Under the pieces are notes generated by a model. It was not told where the DNA came from. It worked only from the letters and a program-made list of their open reading frames with translations, and did not search any database. Below, in pieces: positions 36,600 to 49,720 of a stretch of DNA of 64,000 bases. A program made the translations under genes and the position numbers. Origin of the DNA: Camelus dromedarius (taxonomy: Eukaryota). The first letter of the stretch is position 1, and each line of letters starts with the position of its first letter. Where the stretch lies: positions 79,362,001 through 79,426,000 of the forward strand of contig NC_087437.1 in the NCBI RefSeq assembly GCF_036321535.1, given 5' to 3'.

Positions 36600-36810
36600 A
36601 AAAATTATATAGAACTAAATGTGCACACTCAAAAGACTATAAGATTAGAGGATTGTATCAATGTCAATATCCTGGTTTCCCTATTTTGCTATAGTTTTAC
36701 AAGATATTACCTTTGGGGGAAACTGGGTAAAAAGTATATGCGATCTCTCTGCATTATTTCTTACAACTGTGTATGGACCTATAATCTCAAATAGTTTAAT
36801 GAAAAAAAAA
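36600..36810 (+). mobile_element. L1MD-type 3' terminus
   Basis: gattgtatcaatgtcaatatcctggtt...ggggaaactgggtaaaaag...atctctctgcattatttcttacaactg, then an A tail. Confidence 0.8.
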
Positions 36811-36824
36811 TCTTGGCTCTTATA

Positions 36825-37170
36825 AGAGATAAATCTCTAAATAATTATGCTGAGTGTAAGAAGAAGACCAAAAAAAGGGTACATACTGTATAATTCCATT
36901 TATATAAAATTCTAGAAAATGCAAACTATTCTATAGTGATAGAAAGCAGATCAGTGGTTGGGGAGAGGGTCTGGTAGGACAGGAGAGGGTCTGGTAGGAC
37001 AGGAGGGAGGGATTATAAAAAAGCACAAAGAAATTTTTAGAGGTGATGATGGATGTGTTCATTTTCTTGATTGTGGTGATAGCTGTACACAAGCCTAAAT
37101 TTATCGAGTTGAACACTTTTTAGTACATACAATTTTTTGTTTGTCAATTACACCTCAATAAAGCTGTTTT
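36825..37170 (+). mobile_element. L1MB/L1ME-type 3' terminus containing an exact 20-bp tandem duplication (36962-37001)
   Basis: tactgtataattccatttatataaaattctagaaaatgcaaact...ttacacctcaataaagctg; ggagagggtctggtaggaca x2. Confidence 0.85.
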
Positions 37171-39099
37171 GAAATCCGGAATAAAAGGGTTTTCACAAAT
37201 ACATATTAATTTATTTTTACTGATATGTAACCAATTTGTTTTAAATGCAGTATAATATAGAATAGCTCCAAAAATATTCATGTAGAGTGAGGTTACGCTA
37301 TTACTGAAGTGTTCTTTCCTTAGTAAAAAGTTTCAACAAATTCCATTTTTTATAAACAGCACTTTGGGTCTACTTGTCTAGGGGAACAGAGAGCTGGACT
37401 ACACAGCTGTAAACACTTGCCTTGATCATGAGTTACAAGTAACCCTTGGGAGAAAGACTTGTTAGAAGAAGCAAATTCTAATTGTTTCAGAAGTAGCATC
37501 CTGAATCTATAACTGCCTAGAGAACACTCCAGTGCTTACAAAATATTCTAACTGTAGAAGGTCTGAAAAGTTTTCTCGGCTCTGATTTTAAGGGCATATT
37601 GCCTGTGATGCCATCAAAAAGATAAACAAAATAGGGGAGAAAAAGAAAAATATATACAGAAATCACTTGCATAATTTCAGGACATTCATATGTACTTAAA
37701 AGCTTCAGGCATTCCAACTGGAAACATTAAGACACAAAGTAGATCTATCTGTTAGATTGTCTTAATTTTCACATAAACTGGCACTTCTTAAGTATCTCCT
37801 TGTAAACACTCTATTCTCCACAGAAACCACCTCACCTTTACAAAACTTGTTCCTTCCTCATTAGCTCTAGAGAGGTTTAATATGCATTATGAGAAGTGTG
37901 ATAATTGGTGTGTCTACAAAACAATGACATTAAGTTGTAAGGAAGCCTTACAGAAATGTTTTATTACCCTACCAGTATTGGTGCCAATTTTGAACAACAG
38001 AAGTATCTTATAATGGAACTTAATACTGCAAATTATAGTTTAAGCATTGTAAAAGGAAACCTGATATTTTTTTCAGTGTAATATACTGTCTCCTACTTGA
38101 AAACACTTTATTCCCACCCTCAAAATCAAATGATTACTCAATTCATAAAATGTAATTTTATTCAATTCTAATATACTTGATGTTCTAAGAAAATAATCAT
38201 GTGAAAGATTAGAATGACTTCTACATAGTATGCCATGAAATGAATTTACTTGCCAAGAGTTACCCACTAATAAAAGTTAATTAAATTAATTTTTAATTGT
38301 CATATATAAGCCATTTTCTCCCAGCTCAGCCTTTATACTTGCTACTTGGAAGATTCTGGATCTTAATTCACTAACAATCCCAGAGACAAGTGGGATGAAA
38401 GGGTGGAGGACAGGAGACTACTGTCTATGCGCAAGGTAACTGCCTCAGGTGAGGTCACTGCAAATCATCAGGCAAGGCAGAACTTCTGTCACTAGAGAGA
38501 AGACAAGGCACTTTTTTTTTTTTCTCTTTAAAAGACTTCTTTTTGTGTGATTTGTGGGTTAAAGTCCTTAGATTCATCATAATTCAACTAAGTGCCCCAT
38601 TTCACTTTCCAGAGACCTAGTCAATCCCTTAACTTTTATGGGATCTGGCAGAGCTGGTAAATCCATTTATGTTATAATTTAGCAATCTTTAGGAGAAGTT
38701 TTTACTCTACTCTTCAGTTTCAGCAGCCCATTCTTGCATCTGCAAAAGATATGAGATTCTTTTAGGATGAACATGGGAGCTTTCGGGTTTCACTATTACT
38801 TAAACTGAGAATTTAAAAACTTAAATTTATCTTTTTTTAAATTAAAAGTTTCTAGGGCCATCAGAATAACCAGCCACATTATTTGTATTACTCAGTCTCT
38901 TCATGACAATCTGTCACAGCAGCCAGCTAGTCTGCCAGAAGCTGCCTTCAATAAGCATTTCATTCCAGGGAATTACAGGATAATAATTTATGTAACTATT
39001 TTTGGCACACATCTATGGACTAATGGTATATCATTTTCCAACTTCCAAAACAACCAACTTACATAAGCCAATTCTGTGGGCGTCAGTCCCCTGCAACCT

Positions 39100-39560
39100 C
39101 TCTAGTTACCAAGTACTCTCTCAAGCAAAGTTCTAGGTATTTTAAACAGAGGTTTAATTCAGGGAATTTGGTGGTGAAATGTCATTAGAATTGTTTGATC
39201 AAGAGCAGTTTAAAAAATATCTAAACCTTTGATTTAAAAACCAAATCATTTTGATTTAAAAGCCAAATCATTTAATCCAGAATTTAGGAAGCTGCCACCA
39301 CTGCTATTAATGTTGCTTTATGCACAATTTACTTTCATTTATGACACTGGAAACTAGATACTGGAACATGGAGTCTACCTGCTACAAGCACTCATGTCTT
39401 TTTAGAACTTGTCTAAGAGCTGTAGACAGATGACTTCTATTTTATTCTTGCCTTTTAAATACTGTATGAATGTATTTCAATGGCAGCAACTAAGTTGTAT
39501 CCAGTACCTTAGCCAAAAAGGAATCTGAGGAAAGGGATCTTAGCATTTGCAATGCAGAAT
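39100..39560 (-). mobile_element. ERVL LTR relic (LTR33-like)
   Basis: gaggtttaattcagggaattt...tggcagcaactaagttgtatccagtaccttagccaaaaaggaatctgaggaaa. Confidence 0.5.
39228..39271. repeat. 22-bp tandem duplication; each unit self-complementary (TGATTT...AAATCA)
   Basis: tttgatttaaaaaccaaatcat / tttgatttaaaagccaaatcat. Confidence 0.9.
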
Positions 39561-39574
39561 GGAGCACGGGGAGG

Positions 39575-39720
39575 ATTTGTTTTACTCAATCTTTCCAGCA
39601 TCATTTGACATAGTTGACTTTTGTCTCTTTAAAGCACTTTCTGCTCTTGCTTTCTGAGTAATTGTATTTTTCTGTCTTCTCTCCTCATGCATTGCCTGCT
39701 GTTTCTGAGGATCTTTTTCT
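39575..39720 (+). mobile_element. L2 LINE fragment
   Basis: cagcatcatttgacatagttgac...aaagcactttctgctcttgctttc resembles L2 RT region. Confidence 0.55.
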
Positions 39721-39849
39721 GGATGAAGTCAATAAGGAAAATGGGGACAGAGGAATAGGTCCATTATCCTTGATATGATGGCAGTGAAGTCTTCTCCATA
39801 TAGCCGCCATTTAAATGAAAGTCTGGAAGTCTGTGTATGTGCAAGCACA

Positions 39850-40115
39850 CGCACATACAAATGTGGGGTGGGTTTTAGGAATAACACCAGTCTTTTTCTT
39901 TTATCCCTTCTTCCTCCTTTCTCTTCTGTGGCAACTCTAGAGACCATAAGCTAAGGGTGGTAGCATCGCAAGATGGAATTCCTTGGCATCCTTGTGTAAC
40001 TTCTTGAAGGGAGGCCACATGAGAGACCTATTATAAAGAATTATATTGACTGTCATATTAAGAATAAAGAAGTTTTACTTTGTTTTAAGGCACTTACAAC
40101 TAAAGGGAGCATTTA
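39850..40115 (+). mobile_element. MaLR LTR 3' part (MLT1H-J-like)
   Basis: caagatggaattccttggcatcc...gaggccac...attgactg...ttttactttgttttaaggcac. Confidence 0.6.
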
Positions 40116-40659
40116 GCCTGTTCATTTCATGAAGGTTTGAGGTTTATCAGAAAATAATGCTAGAAGGGGACAAGAAAGATGTGGACAAGAGCAATAAAGT
40201 GATTGTCATGATTGAGAATGAAACTTAGGTCAAATAAGAACAGATGGTTTTGATGGGAAGTTAGAAAGTGATAGTGACAATGTTTACGACATTGATGAGT
40301 AGTAGGATTGTGAAGGTTTTTAACTAAGTGAGAAGGGTATGGCATGCTGTTTTTAAGTGTATGTTTTCTGTCAAGAGTTGGTGGGATGTTCATTTTCTTG
40401 TGCTATCAAGCTTGGGGGTGTGACCATAGAAGTAACTGATTATGGAGATATAAAGGAAAAATGAAAACACCAACTATGAGAAGATCAACAAACTGAGAGG
40501 CCAGAGGTTTATGGAGGACCATTTGAAAGACATTCACCTATTCCAATATTTAAAGTTTCTGGTTTTGTTAGTAGATGAGGTCAGAATAGCAGAAAACTTG
40601 TACTGGTACTCCCTGGACACGTTGCTCTTTGTATTTTACAGGCTTTTTGGTGAGGCAAA

Positions 40660-40850
40660 GATAATGTTGCATATAAAAACATGGGCACTGGTGTCAGACT
40701 GCCCAGCTTCTGACTCTGCTGTAGTCATTCACTAGTTTAGTGGTACTGGGTGACTGGCTCACTCTTGAAACACTTTTTTTTTTTTCTTTCCGAAATAAAA
40801 GACATTCTGAAGATTAAATAAAGACAATGATTTTGAATGTCTTGATTATG
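40660..40850 (+). mobile_element. MIR SINE relic
   Basis: aaaaacatgggcactggtgtcagactgcc...cactagtttagtggtactggg...gaagattaaataaagacaat. Confidence 0.6.
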
Positions 40851-41348
40851 AAATTACTCTCATTATTGTGTAATATTATGGCTTCCTAATTTGCTTAATG
40901 ATGGCATTAAAATTCACTACTAAATTTACTGGAGGGACATTGGAGAGGACAGTATCCACCATATCATTTATTGTTATCCATATAGCTCCTTACTTTACAC
41001 ACAACACACAAAACAAAAACAGAAATAACCTTCCAGATTGAATATCAAAAGAAATTTGCTTCCACTGAGAAACGTGTATTCTCAAATTCTCCACATAATC
41101 ATGCTAACAAATGTCTATTCCCTTTTAGCTTTGGAGACAATGTAATTAGAGTCAAAATTGCAGCTTAACTTTAATATAGGAAAGGGCTCTGTGAATATCA
41201 TACATACACTCCCTTCCCTCCATTAATAACAACCTTACATCTTATTTTAGATTTAACATTTGTTAATTTTTATTGCATATATATTACAAGTTACTTCAGT
41301 TCTGTGTATGCATATGCATATATGAGTAACTTCAGTATTCTAGATTTT

Positions 41349-41508
41349 TTTAAAAATATATATTTTATTGAAGAATAGTCAGTTTACAATGTGTCAACTT
41401 CTGGTGTATAGCACAATACTTCAGTCATAAAAGAACATGCATATATTTGTTTTCATATTCTTTTTAACCAAAAGTTACTACAAGATATTGAATATAGTTC
41501 CCTGTGCT
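41349..41508 (-). mobile_element. 160-bp L1 3' stub with perfect 15-bp TSD
   Basis: TSD agtattctagatttt at 41334-41348 and 41509-41523; body matches the 22030/61574 subfamily. Confidence 0.95.
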
Positions 41509-42784
41509 AGTATTCTAGATTTTGAAACCACAAACTGTTGGAGGAAAAACGGAGATCAAGAAGATTTCTACTGCTACAGAAAGGTTGTTTTATTTATTTT
41601 TTTAAATAGTGAAGAGTTTTCCCTCCAAGGACTAGGATGAAGCAGTTCTCCTTCTGTGAGGTGCAACCCGAGCCTGTGATCTAATATGACTCTACATGTC
41701 TCATTTTGTTTGAAAGTTTAGTTGTGCATCATCTATTGACCTTGTTTCTTAAATTGGTACAATCTATGTGATAGTTATTTCTTTACATTGTGATTCATAG
41801 AGTCTAATGAGGGTTCGAGAGCTCTTTTCTCAATTACACCCATATGAATATTTTAACGGTAAAGGGAGATGAAAAATATAAGGTATTATTTCCTACTCTA
41901 TAATTCAACCAAGCAGGTGTTATTTTAATAATATCTTATTTCCATCCCTGCAATAGGACTTGCCACATTGTGGCTAAGATACCATGTTAAGTAGGACAAC
42001 TGTGAACATCTTTGAGAAATTGCTCAAAGGTTAAATGTTTCTTACTTTTCACACCAGCAAATGATTTCATCTTTGACCTGCAATTTGACATTCTAAGCAT
42101 AGGATGTTTTGTATTTTTAGTATCAAGTGATTAAGTCTGTTGGATTTCATCCAGTCTCCTATTAATTTTGACACTGGGAAGCCTGAGGATACATCACTGA
42201 GTTTAAGCCTATGTAAGTTTCAAGGAAGCCAAGTACACAGAAGCAAATGAAGAGTGCAGTTCCTGTCAGTCTTGACAATGGCTCTGTGAAGTCTCGCATA
42301 TGATAAACCAAACAGGTTACTCATAAACTGCTCTCTTTTGGACAGATTTATATCTAGTTTTAGGAGACCTTTATTGTGTGCCTACTGTTTGGAAGACAGT
42401 AAGTTCTTAAAAGACAGAAGAAATGAAAACAAAATAGTCTGGGCTTCAAGGAGCTTTTGTGTACATAATATTACTGAAGTTCAGAGAAAGACAATGTGTT
42501 CTTTATAATGTGTACCTGATGAAGTAACCTTTTGCAAATTTCTAAGTAATGAAAAACAAGTATGTACCACTTGGCACAGAGGTAACTTAAGGAAATAAGA
42601 GATCAGGGGCTTAAGAATCCTAACTCAGTTCATAATTCACCATTCATTTGCCTGATTTTTGCATTCTCTGAAATTTGCCCTTTGAATATTATTCAGTCTG
42701 ATTTTTCTACTGAATTTATATAGTCTTATGATTCATTTGGGCTTATATCCTTTAATTAATTCATTAAGAATATATTGAAATCTA

Positions 42785-42904
42785 AGAACTAAATAAGTGA
42801 AAAGGTATTTCATGCTCATGGACAGGAAGACTCAATATTGTCAAGATGTCTATTCTTCCAACTTGATCTATAGATTCATTGCAATTTCAATCAAAATTCC
42901 AGCC

Positions 42905-42938
<34 letters not shown>

Positions 42939-44565
42939 AATTTTAGTATTTACAACTGATTCTAAAGTTTATAAGGAGAAGTAGATGACTCAGAATAACC
43001 AACTCAATAGTTAAAGAGAAGAATAAAGTTGGAGCACTGACCCTATTTGACTTTAAGACATGATATAAAGCTATAGTAATCAAGGTAGTCTGGTATGAGC
43101 AAAAGAATACAGAAATAGATCAATGGAACAGAATAGAGAGTTCAGAAATAGGCCCCCTTAGATATAGTCAACTGATCTTTGATAAAAGCAATTAATGGAG
43201 AAAAGAAAATCTAAACAAAGATCTTACACCATTCACAAAAATGAGCTGAAAATGATTCACAAATCTAAATGTAAAATGCAAAACTGTAAAACTAGAAGAT
43301 AATATAGACAAAAGCTTAGATGACCTTGGGTTTGGTGATGACTTTTAAGTTACAATACAAAAGGCAAGATCAATGAAGTAGGGATTGATAAACTGGACTT
43401 CATTAAAATTAACAATTTCTGCTTTGTGAAAGACATTATCAAGAGAATGAAAAGACTCATCACAGACTGGGAGAAAATATTTACAAAAACATATCTCATG
43501 GAAGACTTATTCAAAATATACAAAGAACTTTTAAATCTCAACAATGAGAAAATGACCAATTCAGTTAAAAATGAGGACAAAGACCTTAACAAGTATCTCA
43601 CTAAGAAAGATGTACAGATGTTAAATAAGCATATAAAAAGATGCTCCACATCATGTCATGTGGAAAATGTAAATTAAAACAACAGTGTTATACCACTACA
43701 TACCTATTAGAATAGCCAAAATCAGAATCCTGAAAACCCCAGATTCTGGTGAGGATGTGGAACAGGGGCTCTCCTTCATTGCTAGTGGGAACACAAATGG
43801 TACAGCGACTTTTGAGGATAGTTTGGCAGTTCCTTACAAAAGTAATTGTATTCTTTCCATATGATCCAGCAGTCTTGCTCCATGGTATTTACTTAAAAGG
43901 GTTGAAAACTTATGTCCACACAAAAACCTGCACACAGACGTTTATAGTAGCTTTTTTCATCATTCCCCAAAGTTGGAAGCAACCAAGGTATCCTTCAGTA
44001 AGTGAATGGATAAATAAACTGTGGTACATCCAGGCAATGGAATATGATTCAGTGGTAAAGAGAAATGAGCTATCAAGTCATAAAAGGACATAAAAGAAAC
44101 TTAATTACATATTACTAAGTGAAAGAAGTCAATTTGAATAGGCTACATACTGTGTGATTCCAACTACTTGACATCCTGGAAAAGACAAAACTTCAGAGAA
44201 GGTAAAAAGTCAATAGTTGCTATGTGTTGAGGGATGGAGGATGAATAGGCAAAGCACATAGGATTATTAGGGCAGTAGAAGTTTTCTGTATATTATAATA
44301 GTGCATACATTTCATTATACATTTATACAAAGCCATAGAATGTATAACACCAAGAATGAACCCAAAAGTAAACTATGGTGTTTGGGTGATAATGATTTGT
44401 CAGTGTAGGTTCATCAATTAGGTTTATCAGTTGTAACGTGTACCACTCTGGTGGGGCATACTGATAGTGGTGGACGTGGTGGGTGTGTGGAGCTCTCTGT
44501 ATTTTATTTTCAATTTTGCTGTGGACCTAAAACTTCTCTAAAAAATAATGTCCATCTAAAAATAG
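42785..44565 (+). mobile_element. L1MC1/L1MC2-type 3' portion
   Basis: ORF2 remnants (ORFs 43426..43677, 43749..44093) and 3'UTR gtaaactatggtgtttgggtgataatga...taccactctggtgggg. Confidence 0.88.
42908..42936. repeat. (TG)n microsatellite
   Basis: Pure TG run inside the L1. Confidence 0.95.
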
Positions 44566-44569
44566 AAAC

Positions 44570-45178
44570 AATAGCAAATTAAAACTGAAGTAATGAAAGT
44601 AAGAAAATGATAAATATGAGAAGAAATTAATTAATTAGAAAACATGCATTCAATAAAGTCAAGAAAGCCAAAAATTGGTTCTTTAGGGAAAAAATAATGC
44701 ATGTTAAGACTCATTAAAATGTAGCAGAAATACAAAGTATCAGTGTAAGGAATGCAAAAAAAGGCACTTATGATGCCAAACATCATCATACATAAAATAA
44801 AAGAATATTACGAGCAATTGTACATGAATAAATTGAAAAATTTAGTTGGAAAGGATAATTCTTGGAGAAATAAAATTTAGAAGATTTATATCATAATGAT
44901 GAGAAAATTTAAAAATCCTATTCTTTAAAGGAAATGTAATCCATAATTAAAAGCCTTTCTTCAAAGAAATTTCTGGCCCACATACCTTCTCTATCAACAT
45001 AATATTACTTAAACTTTTTCTAGATAGTAGGAAAACAGATAACTACCTTCTACTTGTTTTATGAGACTAGCATAACATTGATACAAAATCATGACCAAGG
45101 GTATTACTAGAAAAGAAAATTACAAAACAATCTTCTTGTAATCTTCAATATAGATGTGAAATATTGCAAACATATGTA
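44570..45178 (+). mobile_element. Ancient L1 ORF2 fragment
   Basis: aaagccaaaaattggttcttt...ttgttttatgagactagcataacattgatac...aatatagatgtgaaa. Confidence 0.7.
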
Positions 45179-45859
45179 GAGCTGCCTAGATGTCATATGG
45201 ATAAGTGTCCTTTTAGCCATATAAAGAAATTTAGTCACTACTCTGAGAGTAATGGGTGGGCTTTGGAAGGTTTTAAGAGAAGAAGACATAAATTTGATTC
45301 TGTATAAGCCCTATGATATAGCAGAAAAAACATATTTGCTAAATATGATTCCCTTCACTTAATATTTTACACTCTGGTGAAAAAATAAACCTATTACTTT
45401 TAAAACAGAGTGTTTTAAAACACTTGAAATAATAATATTGAGTGATGCAGACTACTAAAGTATAGGAATTTACTGAAGACTCAATGTGGTATTTAGAAGC
45501 TGGAGAATGCTTCGTGAATGGAAGAAGAGGAAGTAAACTTTATCATACATAAACTTAGATAATGTATACTTAAGTAGTTGGAGACCAGAGAGAGTTTATT
45601 TCTGGAAGAGAAAAATAATACGAGCAGATGGATTTAAACAGTAATAAGCTGTGGTCTGTGAATCCATATCTCCTAGGATAACATTACACGTTAGAGACCT
45701 TCAGTACATTTTCTGATAATTCAGTTTCTCCAGGCAGCACGGACACCTCCAGGGGGCTCGAGGGGCTACCTGGGACATAGCAGGTGGGAAAGCCAGGCCT
45801 CCAACCACCAGAAGGAGAGTCTCAAAACCCAGTTCTTCTGAGATGTGCTTGTGCTCATT

Positions 45860-47714
45860 ATCATTCATTTTCTTCTGCTTATGTTAGATTTAATTTGTTC
45901 TTTTTCCAATTTTCTAAGGTGGAAACTTAGATCTTCCTTCTTTTCTAAATATAGGCATTCAGTGCTATAAATTCCCCTCTAAGTACTGCTTTCACTGCAT
46001 CCAATGGATTTTGATAAGTTGTGTTTTCATTTTCTTTTAATTCAAAATAGTTTTTAATTTCTCTTGAGATTTCTTCTTTGACCCACGTCAAGGAAATTTG
46101 TTGTTTAATCTCAACGTATCTCAAGATTTTCCAGTTATCTTTCCATTACTGATTTCTAATTTAATTCCATTGTGGTCTGAGAGCAGACACTGTATGGTTT
46201 CTGTATTTTTAAATTTGCTAAGGGTGTTTTATAGTCCATATTGTGGCCTGTCTTGGTAAACATTCCATATGAGTTTGACAAAAATGTGTATTCTGCTGTT
46301 GTTGTATAAGGTAGTCTATAGGTGTCCATTTTATCTAGTTGATTGACAGTATTGTTGAGTCCCACTGTGTTCTTACTCATTTTCCATCTGCTGAATCTGT
46401 CCATTTCTGATAGAGGGGTGTTGAAGTCTTTGACTATAACAGTGGATTCATCTGTTTCTCCTTGTAGTTCTGTTAGTTTATACCTCATATATTTTGACAC
46501 TGTTGTTGGGTACATACACATTAAAAATTGCTTTGTCTTCTTAGAGAGTTAGCCTTTATCATTTTGTAATGCTCTTCTTTAACACTGATAATTTTCCTTG
46601 CTTTGAAGTGTGCTTTGTCTGAAATTAGTATACATACTCTTGCTTTTTCAGATTAGTTGTTAGCATGGTACATTTTTACTCCATTTTTGGATATTTTGTT
46701 TTTTCTGTTTTTTTCATTCTTCAGTCCTTTTTCTGTGTTTATATTAAAGTGGGGTAATTTTTAGACAACCTATAGTTGGGCCTTGTTTCTTGATATACTC
46801 TGACAATTTGTCATTTAATTTGTGTATTTAAACCATTAATATTCAAAGTGATTATTGATATAGTTGGATTACTATCTACCATATTTGTTAATATTTTTCA
46901 GTTTGTCACTTTTGTTCCTTATTCCTATTTTTGTCTTCCACTCATTTTCTGTCTTTTTTGCTTCTAATTGAGCATTTTATATGATTTCATTTTTTCTTCT
47001 TTCTCAACATGGTGATTTTACTTCTGTTTTTTAGGGTTTTTTTGGTGATTGCAATAAACATTTACAACTAACCCAAATCCATTTTTAAATAACACTATAC
47101 TGATTCACAGGTAGAGAGTACCTTATAATAATAAAAATAATCCTTATCCCTTTGTTCTATCCCTTTTATCATTGCTGTCATTCATCTCACTTATACATAA
47201 GCACATACAAATAATAAACATAAGTACACATGATTAAATGCACTGTTACCATTATTATTTTGAGCATACTGTTAGAATAATAGACTTTTTAATTTTACCT
47301 TTACTTATTCCTTCTCTGATGCTCTTCATTTCTTTATATAGATCTGAGTTTTTGCCCTTTATCATTTTCCTTCCCTTTAAAGTTTTTTTTTTTTTTTTTT
47401 TAACATTTCCTGCAAGGCTTTCTACTGTCATTATTGTTTCAAACATTTCTTCTGTTCCTTTCTCTCTTTTCCTTCTAGAATTCTCATTGGGCATATGGTA
47501 TAACTTTTGTAGTTCTCTCAAATTTTTGGATATTTTGGTTTTTCTGTTTTTTTTCCTTTCTTCAGTCCTTTTTCTCAACGTTTCTCAGTTTCCATGATTT
47601 CTATTAAGATATCCTCAAGCTCTGGGAATCTTTCCTCAGCTGCATTCAGTCTACCAATAACCCCACCAAAGGCATTTTTCATTTATCTTTTCTCTTACAG
47701 TTTTTTTTCCCTCA

Positions 47715-47749
<35 letters not shown>

Positions 47750-48440
47750 CTGTGTGCACATGCGTGCGCATATGTTCTTAGAATTTTCATCTCTGCTTAT
47801 ATTGCCCATCTGTTCTTGCATGCATCTTATTCACAGTTGTTTTAAATTCCTGGCCTGATAATTCCCACATCCCTGCCATATCTTAGTCTGGTTCTGATGC
47901 TTACTATTTCTCTTCAAACTTTGGTTTTTGCCTTTTAGTATGTCTTGTACTTTTGTCTTAATAACTGAACATATGTACTTGGTAAGGAGAACTGCTATAG
48001 TCAGGCCTTTAATGGTCACGTGTGGGGGGAGGGGAAGTGTTCCATAGTCTTCTGAGTTAGTCTTGGTCTTGTAGTGAGTTTGCACCACTGACCTGGGAAC
48101 TTCACAGATACTTCTCAGTTTTTCACCCCTCTTTACTGGGATAAGGTGGCTAGCGTGGGCTCTACTTGGGTATACTCCTTCTTCCACATAGAAGGCTAGA
48201 GGGGCTGCAATTAGTTTTCCTTCCCCCAGGTCATTTAAGCCTTGATTAACCCCAGCCAGTTAGGCTGTAGCTAGTTTCACCTGAGGGCAGACATTTTCAA
48301 GAGGAACAGGTTGCTCTGGCGTATTTCAAAATGGTTCCTTTTCCTTTCCTCCTGTCAGAAGCACAAGGGATTTTTCTCTGTAATTCACTGAGAACCAGGC
48401 CCATCTCCTGGAGGTAAGACACAAAAGTACGAGAACCACC
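45860..48440 (-). mobile_element. L1 (L1M4/L1MC-type) 5' part: EN region, spacer, ORF1 with internal deletion at about 47420, and 5'UTR
   Basis: ORF 46156..46521 is EN domain (DFNTPLSEMDR...EYTFLS); ORF 47255..47578 is an ORF1 remnant; 5'UTR at 48000-48440. Confidence 0.82.
47716..47772. repeat. (TG)n / alternating purine-pyrimidine tract
   Basis: tgtgtgcgtgtgtg...tgtgcacatgcgtgcgcata. Confidence 0.9.
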
Positions 48441-48519
48441 TGATGTTAAAGTCTTTTATTTCAGTATTGCTTTTTCCCATTTCACGGGCAACCTGAGGTG
48501 CAGGAAAGTTTTGTATCAT

Positions 48520-49720
48520 ATTTATTTTACCTGAAGGATGTCCTTTAATATGTGTTGTGGTGAATGGTATTGAATTCTCTCAGGTTTTGTTTGTCTGGAA
48601 AGTTGTTCTTTAGCTTTCTTTTTTGAAAAAATGTTTTCACTTGTTAACAAATTTCTGGGTTGATGTTTTTCTTTCAGAACTTGAAAGATGCTACTCAGTT
48701 GTCTTTTGGCTTGCATAAAAATTGAGTGTGGATTCTGTTGTAGCTGTAGTTACACTTAGTGCTTATTTTTGCTTCACATTTTTTCAGAGTAACCTTACTC
48801 ATAGGGTGCGAGTTGGATTGTTAGAGGATTTTTTTCTCAATCTCCTGTTCTCCTATTACTTTTAGGCTTTCTCTTTGTGCTTCCCCATCAGAACAGGTCT
48901 CTGTCCATGCTCTCACCATAGGGACAGACTGCCGCATAGTCAGTGCTGAGTATCCCGGCAGTGGGGACAAGGAGGGCATTTTCTGTTTTGCTCATTCAAT
49001 TTCAGTCTTAGACTGGCTTGGTGTTCTTGGGGATGGGCCTTTCTCTATGCTCTTGCTCTGCTTCCTTTTGCTAGATCTAGAAACTTCTAATAACCAGGGT
49101 CTGGAGAGTCTCTACCCTCCTCCCAAGGGTGTGATTTTTTTCTGGTCTCTTGCTCTAGCTGCAAATGTTTGCTCTCCTTCCTCCACTTTCCTCAACTCAC
49201 AGCTTAAGATTTTTTTCCCCCCCTGTGGGAGAGAAGTTTCAGGTGGAACTCTGTGCTTCTCTGCAGCGGCAGCTGCTTTTCTCGCTCAGGCTTGAACCAC
49301 AAAGGGGTCCTTTTTCCTAGTCTCTCTGCTCAAAGTTGCTCTTGTTACCTTGTGACATCCATGGAAAAGTCTGAGTTTGGTGTCAAATCCCTGGCGTCTC
49401 TGGCCCTTGGTAGTTCTGTACTCTCAGATTACCCTGCACTTAGTCTTTAGCAATCTTTTCACATTCTTAGCTGAGATCTTTTTACTGGCTTATATGTTAG
49501 CCCAGTTTTCCTCCTGTTTGGCCCGGGATAAGCCTCCACTCGTGTTTCCTTGAAGGTGCCTGTCTTTCCTCAGATTTCAGCCTAACTTGTTCCCCTGTGG
49601 CCTCCGTTGTTTTATTAGCTCAGAACAAATTATAACTTTGTAGATTTTTCGGCTTTTTCCTGTTGTGTGAGTGGGACCAGTGCTCTTCCTACATTTCTGT
49701 ATCCTAATTGGAAGCCAAGC
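48520..49720 (-). mobile_element. Older L1 ORF1 3' remnant joined to a 5'UTR
   Basis: ORF 48522..48716 (QAKRQLSSIFQVLKEK) is ORF1-like; typical reversed L1M 5' end at 49400-49720. Confidence 0.65.

Noticed and set aside
45715..45850. GC-rich patch as a regulatory island
   Set aside because: Resembles a decayed hAT-Charlie (MER113-like) fragment; too short to call either way
42785..48440. L1MC 3' part (+) and L1 5' part (-) as one inverted element
   Set aside because: Convergent geometry with about 1.3 kb of unrelated sequence between them; common origin cannot be shown by eye
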